Positions 1-10,805 of a stretch of 36,880 bases of DNA are shown piece after piece. The first letter of the stretch is position 1, and each line of letters begins with the position of its first letter. Origin of the DNA: Sphingorhabdus sp. (lineage in GTDB: Bacteria; Pseudomonadota; Alphaproteobacteria; Sphingomonadales; Sphingomonadaceae); contig JBILBJ010000001.1 of assembly GCA_044353705.1 (NCBI GenBank), forward strand, positions 1 through 36,880, given 5' to 3'. Position numbers and translations under genes: made by a program. The notes below the pieces were generated by a model that saw only the letters and a list, made by a program, of their open reading frames with translations, was not told the origin of the DNA and ran no database searches.

Positions 1-780
1 GAAAAAGTCCGCGGTGCAAAGGCCAAGGGCGCGCCATTAGGCCGTAAGGTGCAAATTGGCTATGACCCGATGACCGGCCAGCCACAATATGAGGAAGAAA
101 GCTTGGCCTATGAGCCAATGCCGCAGATCGTCATCATCGTGGACGAGCTCGCTGACCTGATGATGACCGCTGGCAAGGAAGTCGAATTCCTCATTCAACG
201 CCTCGCGCAAAAGGCACGTGCCGCGGGTATTCACCTCATCATGGCGACGCAGCGGCCATCGGTTGATGTTATCACTGGCGTCATTAAGGCAAACCTGCCG
301 ACGCGTATTTCTTTCCATGTGACGTCGAAAATCGATAGCCGCACGATTTTGGGCGAACAGGGTGCCGAACAGCTGCTGGGCAAGGGTGACATGCTGTATA
401 TGGCGGGCGGACGCGGGCTGACGCGTATTCACGGTCCATTTGTTTCCGATGATGAAGTCCGCCGCGTGGCAGACCATTGGCGCGGCCAAGGGCAGCCCGA
501 ATATATCCAGGCGGTGACCGAAGAGCCCGAAGATGGCGGTTTCGACTTTGGCGGCATGGGCGGCGACGATAACGAGGAAGATGCGCAATATCGCAAGGCG
601 TGCCAGATCGTGTTTGAAAGCCAAAAGGCATCGACGAGCTGGATTCAGCGTCAGCTGCGGATTGGCTATAACAGCGCAGCCCGGTTGATTGATCGTATGG
701 AAGAAGACGGCTTCATCACTGCGCCGAACCATATTGGCCGCCGCGAAGTGCTGCGTGACCGGACCGGCGAGCCGCTTTAG
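1..780 (+). CDS. ftsK: DNA translocase FtsK, C-terminal motor and gamma domain (5' end lies outside the window)
   Basis: Frame is open from base 1 ([10 protein letters not shown]...). Walker [48 protein letters not shown], and gamma domain [22 protein letters not shown]. Confidence 0.97.
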   Translation, partial: EKVRGAKAKGAPLGRKVQIGYDPMTGQPQYEEESLAYEPMPQIVIIVDELADLMMTAGKEVEFLIQRLAQKARAAGIHLIMATQRPSVDVITGVIKANLPTRISFHVTSKIDSRTILGEQGAEQLLGKGDMLYMAGGRGLTRIHGPFVSDDEVRRVADHWRGQGQPEYIQAVTEEPEDGGFDFGGMGGDDNEEDAQYRKACQIVFESQKASTSWIQRQLRIGYNSAARLIDRMEEDGFITAPNHIGRREVLRDRTGEPL

Positions 781-844
781 ACGTTAAGACGGCGTTCAAG
801 GCGGTTGCCGTAGCCGCGATTGAACCCATCCCAAGGAAACCAGA

Positions 845-1468
845 ATGACCTTTCGAAATTACGTCTTAATGTTCGCGCCCGTTGCCCTGATCGCCGCCGC
901 GCCGTCGACTGCGCAATCGCAGGCGGATCGCATGGCGCGCGTGACCACGCATATGAAGACGGTGGGCACAATGACCGCCAACTTCACCCAGACGGATCGC
1001 AACGGCGGGCTTTTAACCGGCAAGCTTTTGCTGAAGCGCCCGGGCCATGTGCGTTTTGAATATCAAAAAGATGTACCATTGTTGATCGTCGCCGATGGAC
1101 GCGCGCTGACCATGGTCGATTATGAAGTCAAACAGGTGCAGCGCTGGCCAATCCGTAATAGCCCGCTCGCCGCGTTGCTTGACCCGGGCAAGGACTTGGC
1201 GCTCTTTGGCAAACTGGTCCCGACATCAACCGATGATGTCATCAGCGTCGAAGTTCGCGACCCGAAGCGGCCTGAATATGGCACCATTACAATGATATTC
1301 GTCAACAAGCCCGGCGCGCCGGGTGGATTGACGCTGAACGGATGGGTTGCGCTTGATTCCAAAAACAATCGCACAAGCATCCGACTCAGCAACGTCAGCT
1401 ATAATGGCGCAATCGCCGACAGCGCATTTTCGTGGAAAGATCCACGGCCTGTCCGACGGAAATCTTAA
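845..1468 (+). CDS. lolA: Outer-membrane lipoprotein carrier protein LolA family
   Basis: Signal peptide; ANFTQTD...GKLLLKRPGHVRFEY...LLIVADG motifs; ftsK-lolA synteny. Confidence 0.9.
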   Translation: MTFRNYVLMFAPVALIAAAPSTAQSQADRMARVTTHMKTVGTMTANFTQTDRNGGLLTGKLLLKRPGHVRFEYQKDVPLLIVADGRALTMVDYEVKQVQRWPIRNSPLAALLDPGKDLALFGKLVPTSTDDVISVEVRDPKRPEYGTITMIFVNKPGAPGGLTLNGWVALDSKNNRTSIRLSNVSYNGAIADSAFSWKDPRPVRRKS

Positions 1469-1512
1469 AATTGGTCGACGAACCGATGCTAACTGCCGAC
1501 AAGCTGCCAATC

Positions 1513-1535
1513 TGAACAGATTTGTTCATGTGAAC
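1513..1535. promoter_or_regulatory. Palindromic operator-like site upstream of the candidate sRNA
   Basis: TGAACA-gatt-TGTTCA (1513-1528, perfect 6-bp arms) overlaps GTTCA-tg-TGAAC (1524-1535). Confidence 0.4.
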
Positions 1536-1562
1536 GACAGGAAAGTCATCCTATCAACCCAT

Positions 1563-1693
1563 GGTCAGCGATTGAGAGTTCGTGTGGTTTTCCCCCTGTT
1601 GCCCACGACGTTAAATCGTCGCTGATACCCGCGTGACGGACGCAAGCTTAGCCCTCATCCCAAATGCCCCCGGGATGAGGGCTTTGCTTTTTT
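1563..1693 (+). ncRNA. Candidate trans-acting sRNA with three hairpins and two CCCCC loops
   Basis: Lies in a 286-bp intergenic gap. Long stem 1565-1625 (TCAGCGA/TCGCTGA; TCGTG..GG/CCCACGA) with loop TTTTCCCCCTGTTG; small hairpin GCGT-gacgg-ACGC at 1631-1643; terminator hairpin with loop AAATGCCCCC. The 5' end is estimated. Confidence 0.6.
1650..1693 (+). terminator. Rho-independent terminator
   Basis: Perfect 12-bp stem AGCCCTCATCCC / GGGATGAGGGCT followed by TTGCTTTTTT. Confidence 0.85.
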
Positions 1694-1754
1694 GGCATGG
1701 ATTTCACTTCACCGACTTGCCCCTGCCGCTTCTGGCATATAGGGCCATATTCAT

Positions 1755-2561
1755 ATGTCTCAGACCATCCGTATCGCCTCGTGGAATATCAATTCGGTTC
1801 GCGCCCGCATCGACATCGTCGAACGCTATCTGAAAGAAGAAGCGCCCGACGTCCTGTGCCTGCAGGAAACCAAAGTCATCGACAGCCTGTTTCCGGAAGG
1901 ATTGTTCCGGCAGCTTGGCTATCGCCACATGGTTTTGAATGGCCAGCCGATGCATCATGGTGTCGCGATTGTTAGCAAGCTGCCCTTAATCAACCGCCGC
2001 GTTGAAGATTGGCAAGCGAACGGCGAAGCGCGGCATGTGGGTGCGGAGCTGAATGTCGACGCCGCAAAGGGTGTGCGGATCGACAATGTCTATATTCCGG
2101 CTGGCGGCGAAGTTCCCGACAGCGAAGTGAATTCGAAATTCGGACAAAAGCTTGGGTTCCTCTCGCGCATGACCGAGTGGTCGCGTGCGGTCACCAGCCC
2201 GACCATATTGACGGGTGATTTCAACGTCGCGCCGCTTGAGCATGATGTTTGGAGCCATAAGCAGCTCGTCAATGTCGTCAGCCACACAAAGATTGAATGC
2301 GAACATCTGGCCGCGATTAAGGAAGCTGCGGACTGGGTGGATGTCGCGCGGCATTTTGTCGAACCGTCGAAGAAGCTGTACACATGGTGGAGCTACCGAG
2401 CGCAGGATTGGGAGACATCGGATCGTGGCCGACGTCTTGACCATATGTGGGTGACCCCTGACTTGAAAGAGAAGGCCAAGTCGCATGTGGTGCACAAGCA
2501 TGTGCGCGGATGGGGCAAGCCATCTGACCATGCGCCCATCGTCACGGAATTTGCCTTTTGA
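1755..2561 (+). CDS. xth: Exodeoxyribonuclease III (AP endonuclease)
   Basis: IASWNINSVRAR, DVLCLQETK, GDFNVAP, YTWWSYR, GRRLDH and SDHAP motifs. Confidence 0.95.
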   Translation: MSQTIRIASWNINSVRARIDIVERYLKEEAPDVLCLQETKVIDSLFPEGLFRQLGYRHMVLNGQPMHHGVAIVSKLPLINRRVEDWQANGEARHVGAELNVDAAKGVRIDNVYIPAGGEVPDSEVNSKFGQKLGFLSRMTEWSRAVTSPTILTGDFNVAPLEHDVWSHKQLVNVVSHTKIECEHLAAIKEAADWVDVARHFVEPSKKLYTWWSYRAQDWETSDRGRRLDHMWVTPDLKEKAKSHVVHKHVRGWGKPSDHAPIVTEFAF

Positions 2562-3622
2562 ACGGTGCGCCCGCAACCGAGGGCGATGCGCGCCGTGCGG
2601 CGCTGGCCATTGACGCGCTGCGTCGTGGCTGGGCCATCAATGTCGAACATCTCGGCCAAGCCCTTTGCCTTGTACCGATAGAAACCGCACGCGACGTTGC
2701 GGGTGCGCACGCGATCCTGCTCTCTGCCAGCCGCGCGGCCACATTGAAACTCATGAACCAGCGCGCCGCCGCCGATACCGCTTTGCCGGTCATGATAAAG
2801 GCGCCAGCTGACCTTGATATCAACCTTGCGTTGGCGGTGGCGGATCCAACGCTCGATTTGCGTTACCCGATGAAGGGGCCGTTTGAAGCATTGGCCCTGG
2901 CCGATGGACCCTCTGCTGCTGCGGCCATTGAGCTTGCCCGGCTTGCCGGGTTGCTTCCCGCCTTTTTGGTGTTGGCGGATTCGGGCAATTCGTCTGCAAC
3001 AGTATCCCCACAGGATGTCGCTGCGTTTGACGATAGCGGGGCGCTGCACATTGCGGCGCGCGCGCGGTTACCGGTCGCTGCAAATGTTGATGCTGAAATC
3101 GTCGCATTTCGAACGGACGTGGACGCGTCAGACCATGTCGCGCTGCTGATAGGCAAACGCGATGGCACGCCGCCGGTTGTCCGGTTGCACAGCGAGTGCC
3201 TGACCGGTGATGTCCTGGGCAGCCTGAAATGCGATTGCGGCCCCCAATTGCACGAAGCGTTACACCAAATCTCCGACGCAAATTGGGGCATACTTTTATA
3301 TTTGCGTCAGGAAGGCCGTGGTATTGGCCTGATCAACAAATTGCGTGCCTATGCGCTTCAGGATCAGGGGTTTGATACGGTCGATGCAAATACCCGATTG
3401 GGCTTTGCCATTGATGCGCGCGATTTTTCGGTCGCCGCCCGCATGCTTGAACTGCTTGGCATTTCCAACGTACGGTTACTCACGAACAATCCTGAAAAGG
3501 TTGAAGGTCTTAAGTCCGCAGGCATATCTGTCGAGGAACGGCTGCCGCTCAAAATCGCGGCGAACCCGCATAATGCCCATTATCTCGAAACGAAAAAGAG
3601 CCGCACCGGGCACGCGCTTTAG
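2558..3622 (+). CDS. ribA: GTP cyclohydrolase II with a degenerate DHBP-synthase-like N-terminal domain
   Basis: VRLHSECLTGDVLGSLKCDCGPQL, LRQEGRGIGLINKLRAY, LLTNNPEK. TTG start overlaps the xth stop. Confidence 0.93.
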   Translation: MNGAPATEGDARRAALAIDALRRGWAINVEHLGQALCLVPIETARDVAGAHAILLSASRAATLKLMNQRAAADTALPVMIKAPADLDINLALAVADPTLDLRYPMKGPFEALALADGPSAAAAIELARLAGLLPAFLVLADSGNSSATVSPQDVAAFDDSGALHIAARARLPVAANVDAEIVAFRTDVDASDHVALLIGKRDGTPPVVRLHSECLTGDVLGSLKCDCGPQLHEALHQISDANWGILLYLRQEGRGIGLINKLRAYALQDQGFDTVDANTRLGFAIDARDFSVAARMLELLGISNVRLLTNNPEKVEGLKSAGISVEERLPLKIAANPHNAHYLETKKSRTGHAL

Positions 3623-3687
3623 CTGCTTGCCGCAAATTGCAGTCCGTTTCCTATGCCTGGATGTTGGAGGGCCTTCCTATTTGAACC

Positions 3688-5724
3688 TTATTGCGGTTCG
3701 CGAAGGCGCTCTTCGTCGCGTGACGATCGGGGTTCCCGGCGCCCGATAGCGCGTTCGATAAATGCGTCATCCAAAGGTTCTGGGTCAGTCGCTGGCATAG
3801 CACCCGGATCGTCAAGCGCAGGGTCGCCCTCAATCGGCATGCCGTTTTCGTCGAACAGCAGCCCCTCTTCCCCTTCGCCAAGCAAAAGCTCTTCGCCTTC
3901 CAATTGTTCGGGGAAGGTTACTTCGGTCGCAAAATTTTCCACGGGTCGGCCGGACACCGCAACCCGCATATAGGCCGCCCACGCTTGTGCTGGCGCACGG
4001 CCGCCTTCTAATCCGCCGATTGAGCGCGCATCGTCGCGGCCCATCCAGACCCCCGTTGTCAAACCACTCGAAAAGCCAAGAAACCAACCGTCCTTGTTGC
4101 TGCTCGTGGTACCTGTCTTTCCTGCGACGGGACGGCCGATATTGGCGGCGCGGCCTGTGCCCGTTGCAACCGCGGTCTGCATGAGGTCTGTCATGGCACC
4201 GGCGACCCAATCCTCTACCAATTGCACGGATCTGGCGGTCTTTGCCGTATATAAAATCTCGCCATCAATGGTGGTGACTTTGGAGATGCCATAAGGGGTA
4301 ATGCTGCGACCATTGGAACCCACGGATGCAAATGCCTGCGTCATGTCGATAACGCGGGTTTCCGATGTCCCAAGCACCATCGACGGCTGCGTATTTATGG
4401 GTGTCGTTATACCAAAACGGCGCGCCATGTTGGCGATGCTGCTGGTACCAACCTCTTGCCCCAATTGTGCCGCGACCGTATTTTTCGAATAGGCAAATGC
4501 CGTTCGCAGTGAAATTTCACCATCATAATTGCCGCTGCTGTTTTTGGGTTGCCAGCCTTCTATTTCAACTGGCTTATCTTCGACTATGTCTTCGGGACGG
4601 AACCCGGCTTCTAACGCGGCCAAGTAGACGAACAATTTCCAAGCCGAGCCTGGTTGCCGGACTGCTGTGACCGCACGGTTATAATTGCTGGTCACATAAT
4701 CGGTGCCGCCAACCATCGCTTTAACCGCGCCATCGCGGTCAATCGACACCAGCGCACCTTGTGCACCGCGCGGTGTGTTGGCCGTTATTGCAGTCGTTGC
4801 CGCACGCTGCATTTTCAGGTCAAGCGTGGTCCACACATCAATGGGTTTTTCGGTTTCGTCAATCAGGCCGTCCAATTGTGGCAATACCCAATCGGTGAAA
4901 TAGCGGACGCTGTCTTGCGGTTGCTGTTTCGCCATTTTCACGTCAGCCGGCTTCACCTTGCCGGCCTCGGCAGCGGAGATCATCCCGGCATCCTGCATCA
5001 CGCCGACAACCACCGTGGCACGGTCAATCGCAGCCTGCGCATCTGCCGTTGGCGAATAATTTGATGGCGCCTTTACAAGGCCTGCAATGATTGCGGCTTC
5101 GGCGAGGCTGAGATCTTCCGCGCCATGATCAAAGAATTTCCGGCTCGCCGCATCAACACCATAAGCACCGCCACCGAAATAGACTTTGTTCAGATATAAT
5201 TCGAGTATCTGGTCCTTCGAGAATTTCGTTTCCATCGCCAGCGCAAGGATGACCTCGCGGATTTTGCGTCCGAATTCCTTGTTGTTGTTCAGGTAAATGT
5301 TGCGCGCCAGCTGCTGCGTGATCGTTGAGCCACCTTGGGTCCAGCGTCCGTCAATTGCGCGTACGTAAAGCGACCGCGTGATCCCAATAGGGTCGACGCC
5401 GGGATGGATATAATAGCGCCGGTCTTCAACCGCGACCATCGCGTCCTTCATTTCAGACGGCAGTTGGCTAATGTCCAGCCATCGGCCGAAACTTGGCCCA
5501 AGTGATTGGATAACGGTGCCATCGGCCGCACGGACGCGGATCATCTGGCCATTGGGCGATGCCTTTAAATCTTCAAAGCTGTCGATTTCGCTGCGAGCGA
5601 TGGCTACAAGAATGCCCAACACCATAACGCCAAGAAGTGCCGCGATAACGCCGGCTTTGATGATACGTAAAATCCACGTTCCCATTGGGCGACGTTCTTT
5701 CGAAATTTTGCGCGCGCGTGCCAT
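3688..5724 (-). CDS. Class A penicillin-binding protein (transglycosylase/transpeptidase, PBP1A family)
   Basis: N-terminal TM helix; EDRRY, GGSTITQQLARN, RKIRE, YLNKVYFG; SxxK (GSAWK), SxN (SKN), KTG; acidic tail. Confidence 0.95.
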   Translation of the reverse strand: MARARKISKERRPMGTWILRIIKAGVIAALLGVMVLGILVAIARSEIDSFEDLKASPNGQMIRVRAADGTVIQSLGPSFGRWLDISQLPSEMKDAMVAVEDRRYYIHPGVDPIGITRSLYVRAIDGRWTQGGSTITQQLARNIYLNNNKEFGRKIREVILALAMETKFSKDQILELYLNKVYFGGGAYGVDAASRKFFDHGAEDLSLAEAAIIAGLVKAPSNYSPTADAQAAIDRATVVVGVMQDAGMISAAEAGKVKPADVKMAKQQPQDSVRYFTDWVLPQLDGLIDETEKPIDVWTTLDLKMQRAATTAITANTPRGAQGALVSIDRDGAVKAMVGGTDYVTSNYNRAVTAVRQPGSAWKLFVYLAALEAGFRPEDIVEDKPVEIEGWQPKNSSGNYDGEISLRTAFAYSKNTVAAQLGQEVGTSSIANMARRFGITTPINTQPSMVLGTSETRVIDMTQAFASVGSNGRSITPYGISKVTTIDGEILYTAKTARSVQLVEDWVAGAMTDLMQTAVATGTGRAANIGRPVAGKTGTTSSNKDGWFLGFSSGLTTGVWMGRDDARSIGGLEGGRAPAQAWAAYMRVAVSGRPVENFATEVTFPEQLEGEELLLGEGEEGLLFDENGMPIEGDPALDDPGAMPATDPEPLDDAFIERAIGRREPRSSRDEERLREPQ

Positions 5725-5769
5725 TGTGGAGGGTGTTAATCGGTCACGGACTCGCCGACAAGCGCGTTC

Positions 5770-6162
5770 TTAATCGGGGTCGAATGTAAGCGCGGCGCTG
5801 TTGATGCAATAACGTAGTCCTGTTGGCCCCGGACCATCGGGAAACACATGCCCCAAATGCCCTTCACACGCCGCACAGCGCACCTCGGTGCGGACCATGC
5901 CGTGCGAGACATCGGTATGTTCATCAATGGCTGCACCGTCCGCAGGCGCGGTAAAGCTTGGCCAGCCCGAACCGCTGTCGAACTTGGTGTCTGATGTAAA
6001 TAGGGTCGTGCCGCATCCGGCGCAGCGAAACTCGCCTTCGCGTTTTTCATCAGTCAATTTGCCCGCAAAGGCCCGCTCGGTTCCCGCCTCCCGCAGGACA
6101 TGATATTGAACCGGGTCCAGTTCTGCGCGCCACTCGGCTTCGGACTTGATAATTTTTTCCAT
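5770..6162 (-). CDS. msrB: Peptide-methionine (R)-S-oxide reductase
   Basis: GTERAF, two Cxx[29 protein letters not shown]. Start moved to the MEKIIK ATG at 6162. Confidence 0.95.
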   Translation of the reverse strand: MEKIIKSEAEWRAELDPVQYHVLREAGTERAFAGKLTDEKREGEFRCAGCGTTLFTSDTKFDSGSGWPSFTAPADGAAIDEHTDVSHGMVRTEVRCAACEGHLGHVFPDGPGPTGLRYCINSAALTFDPD

Positions 6163-6264
6163 GAAACGGCCTTTCGTTGATGCAGATGTGGGCCTGTTTG
6201 CCATCGGGTTCAAGAGCCTGGCTTAACAGATGTTTTCCCACCCATTACCACGCAATATCAGTAA

Positions 6265-7287
6265 TCAGCCGCGGCGCGATGCTGCACGCGCAATGCGGAC
6301 CAGCTCTTCTTCCAATATCGTGTCCGCCAGTCCATCGCGGACATGCATAAGCTTGGATTCCACCTCAAGCAGATGGCTGTTTAATCCGGCAAGCCGCACC
6401 GATGGCCAGCGCGCAAGTTGCTGCGCGTAGTTGTCGGCGTCTTTCCAGAATATCGAACGGGTCGCTTTGACGACGGCGCCGGGGCTAGAACCATTGTCGA
6501 CCTTTGTGCGCATAGAAGCGAGCAACGTCACCCGCCGCTGCATCGCGCGGATGATGCGGATGGCATCGACCCCCATGTCGCGCGCGGCGACAAGTTCCCG
6601 CCCCGTGCCGCGCAAATCGCCGCCCATGACCTGATGGATGAGGCCGTTGATATTTTCCTCGCCCGTTTCCGCGGACAAGGCTTCGAATATCGGGACTTCA
6701 ACCGTGGCCGGGCGTTGCGGCGACGAATCATAATATAAGGACAGCTTTTCGATTTCGGCTTGCGCCAGTTTCCGGTCCTGACCCGTGTAGCGCGCAATCC
6801 GTGCGGCCAATGGCCGGTCAATCTTTAGCCCCATCGTGGCGGCGTATGCCATTACGGCGGCGGCGGCATCGCCTTCCTCTGGCAGATAACAAATATACAC
6901 CATCGCGCGCGGGTGGGCCTCGACAAGCTTGCGCAACTTGCTGGCCCTGGTCAGGTTGCCTGCGGTCGCGATGACCGGGTTGGCGTCGCCTTCAAGGGCG
7001 AGCAGATTTTCGACGGCGGCAACGCCTTCTTCCCGGCGGAAGTTCAGACGGATGTGCCGCTTATCGCCGAATAGCGAAAGCGCCGACGCCTCGTCCGCCA
7101 GAAGCGCGGGGTCATTGCGAATACGGTCGCTATCGATATCGATCCGTTCCGAACCCGTCAACGCGGCGGACATTTGCGATGCGATGTCAGCGGCCGCCGA
7201 TTCATCCTGACCGAAAATGAAAAACAGCCGGATCTCCGGACGTGTGCCAATGGCACTTATAAAACTGCGTTCTTTTGCGTTGCTCAT
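6265..7287 (-). CDS. holA: DNA polymerase III subunit delta
   Basis: FIFGQDE, SLFGDKR and EIEKLSLY motifs; leuS-lptE-holA synteny. Confidence 0.92.
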   Translation of the reverse strand: MSNAKERSFISAIGTRPEIRLFFIFGQDESAAADIASQMSAALTGSERIDIDSDRIRNDPALLADEASALSLFGDKRHIRLNFRREEGVAAVENLLALEGDANPVIATAGNLTRASKLRKLVEAHPRAMVYICYLPEEGDAAAAVMAYAATMGLKIDRPLAARIARYTGQDRKLAQAEIEKLSLYYDSSPQRPATVEVPIFEALSAETGEENINGLIHQVMGGDLRGTGRELVAARDMGVDAIRIIRAMQRRVTLLASMRTKVDNGSSPGAVVKATRSIFWKDADNYAQQLARWPSVRLAGLNSHLLEVESKLMHVRDGLADTILEEELVRIARAASRRG

Positions 7288-7772
7288 TCGCCGCGGGCGT
7301 AGATTGAAAGCCGGGTGACAATCTGATCCGCAACCTTCTGCGTCAGATTCTCCAACGCGCTGTTTTCGCCAGCGATGGTGGCATATTCCGAACCGGCGAC
7401 GTCGATGCCTGCGTCGGACCCCGCCGTTGCATCAAGCACGGTTTCTCCGGTAGCGACGGAGATCAGTTGATAGCGTGCGCGCAATGTGCGCCGTTCACGC
7501 GTCACCGTATCGTCGGCACGCACGCCAAAGCCTTCAATCCGGTCATCAAGTGTGACGACCAAGCGGAATTGGGCGACGTTGCTGTCTTGAGCGCCAAGGC
7601 GGTCCGTTAACGCATTGCGCATCAACCAACCGCTTTTGCCTTCGATTGTCGCGACCGATACCGAACCCAGCGCCGTTGCCACCGCGCCCGTTGATCCACC
7701 GCTGTACAAAGGCTGCAATCCGCAAGCGGGCAGCATCAAAGCAAGCAAGATGGGGGCGATGAAACGGTTCAT
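7284..7772 (-). CDS. lptE: LptE-family outer-membrane lipoprotein
   Basis: Lipobox LPA-C followed by GLQPLY; position between leuS and holA. Confidence 0.88.
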   Translation of the reverse strand: MNRFIAPILLALMLPACGLQPLYSGGSTGAVATALGSVSVATIEGKSGWLMRNALTDRLGAQDSNVAQFRLVVTLDDRIEGFGVRADDTVTRERRTLRARYQLISVATGETVLDATAGSDAGIDVAGSEYATIAGENSALENLTQKVADQIVTRLSIYARGE

Positions 7773-10294
7773 AGGACGATGTTGACCAACCTATCGGGCA
7801 CGACGATGATTTTCCGGATATCGGCACCGTCAATCGCATGCTGAACCTTTTGGCTCGCAAGCGCAAGCGCCTCCACTTCGGTCTGGGGCATGCCCTTGGC
7901 AACGGTCAGCGTATCGCGCAGCTTACCCTTCACCTGAATGGCAATGGTCACTTCGTCTTCCACCAGCAGGTCAGGGTTAACCTGCGGCCAAGGTGCGTCG
8001 GCGATAAGGCGGCCGCCCGTTGCCGCGCCAAGCTGCGTCCATGCTTCTTCGGCCAAATGCGGAACCATCGGCGCTGACAATGTCACGATCGTACGGATCG
8101 CTGTGTCGCGGCTTGCCGAAGGCGCAGCCTTTTCAATGGCATTAGCAAGGTCGTAGATTTTTGCGACCGCCTTGTTGAACGCCAGTGCTTCGATGTCCGC
8201 ACCGACGCCTGCAATGATCTGGTGCGTTTTGCGGTCCAGTGCCTTGTCGACACCTTCGGCGCCACTGACCTGACTTGTCAGACGCCACAGGCGCTGCACA
8301 AATCGCCAGCAACCCTCAATCCCCGCTTCGGACCATTCCAGATCGCGTTCGGGCGGGCTATCAGACAGCATGAACCAGCGCACGGCATCGGCGCCATATT
8401 GGTCCACAATATCGTCTGGATCGACGACATTCTTTTTGGACTTGGACATTTTTTCAATGCGACCCGCGACCGCAGGAGCGCCGCTGTCGATGATGGTCCA
8501 GATATCGCCGTCACGCCGCACCTGATCGGGGCTCAGCCATGTTCCATTGGCATCCTGATAGGTTTGGTGCGTCACCATGCCTTGCGTAAACAGCGAGGCG
8601 AACGGCTCTTTCACGTCGATCATGCCAATATGGCTGAGCGCACGCGTCCAAAAACGGGCGTAGAGCAAATGCAAAATCGCGTGCTCAACACCGCCAATAT
8701 ATTGGTCAACCGGCAGCCATTTTTCGGCCGCCGCTCGGTCAAAGGGCTTGTCATGCGGCTGGCTTGCGAAGCGGATGAAGTACCAGCTGGAATCGACAAA
8801 CGTATCGAGCGTATCGGTTTCGCGGCGCGCCTCTTGATGGCACTTGGGGCAATCGACCTTGCTCCAGGTCGGGTGACGATCCAGCGGGTTACCGGGGATG
8901 TCAAAGCTGACGTCTTCGGGCAATTGCACCGGCAGCTGGTCATTTGGCACGGGGACCGCGCCGCATGCCTGACAATGGATGATCGGTATTGGCGTACCCC
9001 AATAACGCTGGCGCGAAACGCCCCAGTCGCGCAGGCGATATTGCGTTTGGCCTTGGCCCCAGCCTTCTTTCTCGGCCTTTGCGATCACATCCGCTTTCGC
9101 TTGGTCGACGGTCATGCCGTTCATCCAGTGCGAATTCACGATAACGCCGGGGTTGGTGTAGGCGACATTTCCTTCAAAATGGCTGTCGGTCAAATCGCCA
9201 TCGGCAACGACACGGGTAACAGGCAAATCATATTTGCGCGCGAAATCAAGGTCGCGCTGGTCATGTGCTGGGCAGCCAAAGACCGCGCCCGTGCCGTAAT
9301 CCATTAAGACGAAATTGGCGACATAAACGGGCAGATGCCAGCTTGGATCCAGCGGATGCTCAACGGTAAGCCCTGTATTGAAGCCAAGCTTTTCAGCGGT
9401 TTCAATGTCGGCCGCTGTCGTCCCGCCTTTGCGGCATTCCGCGATAAAATTCTGCAAATCAGGCGCGTTGGCCGCCAGCTTTTGCGCCACGGGATGGTCG
9501 GCGGCAATGGCGATAAAGCTTGCGCCGAACATGGTGTCGGGGCGCGTTGTAAACACATCAATGCCATCGTCACCGCCCGGAAAGCGGAACCGGCATTTCA
9601 AACCTTGCGATTTGCCAATCCAGTTTTCCTGCATCAACCGCACCTTGTCGGGCCATTGGTCAAGCGACCCAAGGCCAACAAGCAATTCTTCTGCAAAGTC
9701 GGTAATCTTCAAAAACCACTGGCTCAGTTTGCGACGTTCAACGGGCGCACCCGAACGCCAGCCCTTGCCGTCGATCACTTGCTCATTGGCAAGCACCGTC
9801 ATGTCGACAGGGTCCCAGTTCACGGCGGACTCTTTGCGATAGACGAGCCCGGCGGCATACAGCTTCAGGAACAATGCCTGTTCATGGCCGTAATATTCGG
9901 GCTCACAGGTCGCGAGTTCGCGGGTCCAGTCAATCGCAAAGCCAAGCCGCTTCAGCTGCGCTTTCATGTTCGCAATATTGTCGCGCGTCCAACCGCCGGG
10001 GTGGACCTTCTTCTCCATCGCCGCATTTTCCGCAGGCATGCCAAAGGCGTCCCAGCCCATGGGGTGCAGCACTTCATGTCCGGTCATGCGCTTATACCGC
10101 GCTAACACGTCACCCATGGTGTAGTTGCGCACATGGCCAATATGGATGCGGCCCGATGGATAGGGAAACATTTCCAAGACATAGGCACGTGGCTTTGTCG
10201 AGTTATCGTCCGCAACAAAGCTGCTGCGTTCTTCCCAAATCTTTTGCCACCGCGCGTCGGCGACGTGCGGGTTAAAACGCTCAACATTCGTCAT
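7769..10294 (-). CDS. leuS: Leucine--tRNA ligase
   Basis: [13 protein letters not shown] (HIGH), [20 protein letters not shown] editing domain, KMSKS. Confidence 0.99.
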   Translation of the reverse strand: MTNVERFNPHVADARWQKIWEERSSFVADDNSTKPRAYVLEMFPYPSGRIHIGHVRNYTMGDVLARYKRMTGHEVLHPMGWDAFGMPAENAAMEKKVHPGGWTRDNIANMKAQLKRLGFAIDWTRELATCEPEYYGHEQALFLKLYAAGLVYRKESAVNWDPVDMTVLANEQVIDGKGWRSGAPVERRKLSQWFLKITDFAEELLVGLGSLDQWPDKVRLMQENWIGKSQGLKCRFRFPGGDDGIDVFTTRPDTMFGASFIAIAADHPVAQKLAANAPDLQNFIAECRKGGTTAADIETAEKLGFNTGLTVEHPLDPSWHLPVYVANFVLMDYGTGAVFGCPAHDQRDLDFARKYDLPVTRVVADGDLTDSHFEGNVAYTNPGVIVNSHWMNGMTVDQAKADVIAKAEKEGWGQGQTQYRLRDWGVSRQRYWGTPIPIIHCQACGAVPVPNDQLPVQLPEDVSFDIPGNPLDRHPTWSKVDCPKCHQEARRETDTLDTFVDSSWYFIRFASQPHDKPFDRAAAEKWLPVDQYIGGVEHAILHLLYARFWTRALSHIGMIDVKEPFASLFTQGMVTHQTYQDANGTWLSPDQVRRDGDIWTIIDSGAPAVAGRIEKMSKSKKNVVDPDDIVDQYGADAVRWFMLSDSPPERDLEWSEAGIEGCWRFVQRLWRLTSQVSGAEGVDKALDRKTHQIIAGVGADIEALAFNKAVAKIYDLANAIEKAAPSASRDTAIRTIVTLSAPMVPHLAEEAWTQLGAATGGRLIADAPWPQVNPDLLVEDEVTIAIQVKGKLRDTLTVAKGMPQTEVEALALASQKVQHAIDGADIRKIIVVPDRLVNIVL

Positions 10295-10299
10295 AACAA

Positions 10300-10743
10300 T
10301 TATCCGGTGATTGAAGACCGGCGAAGGTCACGCGCCTTGGTAAGGATGACCGCCTCAAGCTTTTGAACGGTTGCTGCGCGCAGCGGCGCTGCGACCCACT
10401 GGTCATTTTGCAAAACTTCGCGGCTGCCGGCGACGCGCAATGCGTCGGCGCGCAAATCCTGATCAAGGATCGAAATGGTCAGCTTAACGCGCTCGCCAGG
10501 GCTTTGCGGGTTCACATACCAGTCGGTGACAATGACACCGCCCGACGAGTCGGTTTGCAGCAACGGCATGAAGGACAAGGCATCAAGCGATGCGCGCCAC
10601 AGATAGCTGTTTACGCCGATCGTGGTGACTTGGCTGGCTGCGAGATCCGCCTTTGGACGCTCGCTTCCGCCACAGCCGGACAGCAGCCCCAAGCTTAACA
10701 GGCTGCCGGTCGCAATAATGAGTGCCAAGCGGTTGGTGCGCAT
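10300..10743 (-). CDS. DUF3576-like lipoprotein
   Basis: Lipobox LSG-C; [19 protein letters not shown]...GGVIVTDWY signature; typical position upstream of leuS in alphaproteobacteria. Confidence 0.85.
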   Translation of the reverse strand: MRTNRLALIIATGSLLSLGLLSGCGGSERPKADLAASQVTTIGVNSYLWRASLDALSFMPLLQTDSSGGVIVTDWYVNPQSPGERVKLTISILDQDLRADALRVAGSREVLQNDQWVAAPLRAATVQKLEAVILTKARDLRRSSITG

Positions 10744-10783
10744 AAAATGTCCTTGAACTATGAATATCTGAAACCTCTATAGC

Positions 10784-10805
10784 GGCTTGCTGTCCGGAGC
10801 AAGCC
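10784..10805. promoter_or_regulatory. Perfect 8-bp inverted repeat over the probable promoter of the DUF3576-leuS operon
   Basis: GGCTTGCT-gtccgg-AGCAAGCC, next to a minus-strand GCTATAGA -10-like element. Confidence 0.35.

Noticed and set aside
784-798. TTAA-N7-TTCA upstream of lolA as a CtrA box
   Set aside because: Single one-mismatch hit with no supporting promoter evidence; could be chance.
8222-10105. Long plus-strand ORFs (361 aa, 256 aa) opposite leuS, and similar ORFs opposite ftsK, xth, lhr and the epimerase
   Set aside because: Antisense shadows of GC-rich coding sequence with no recognisable motifs.
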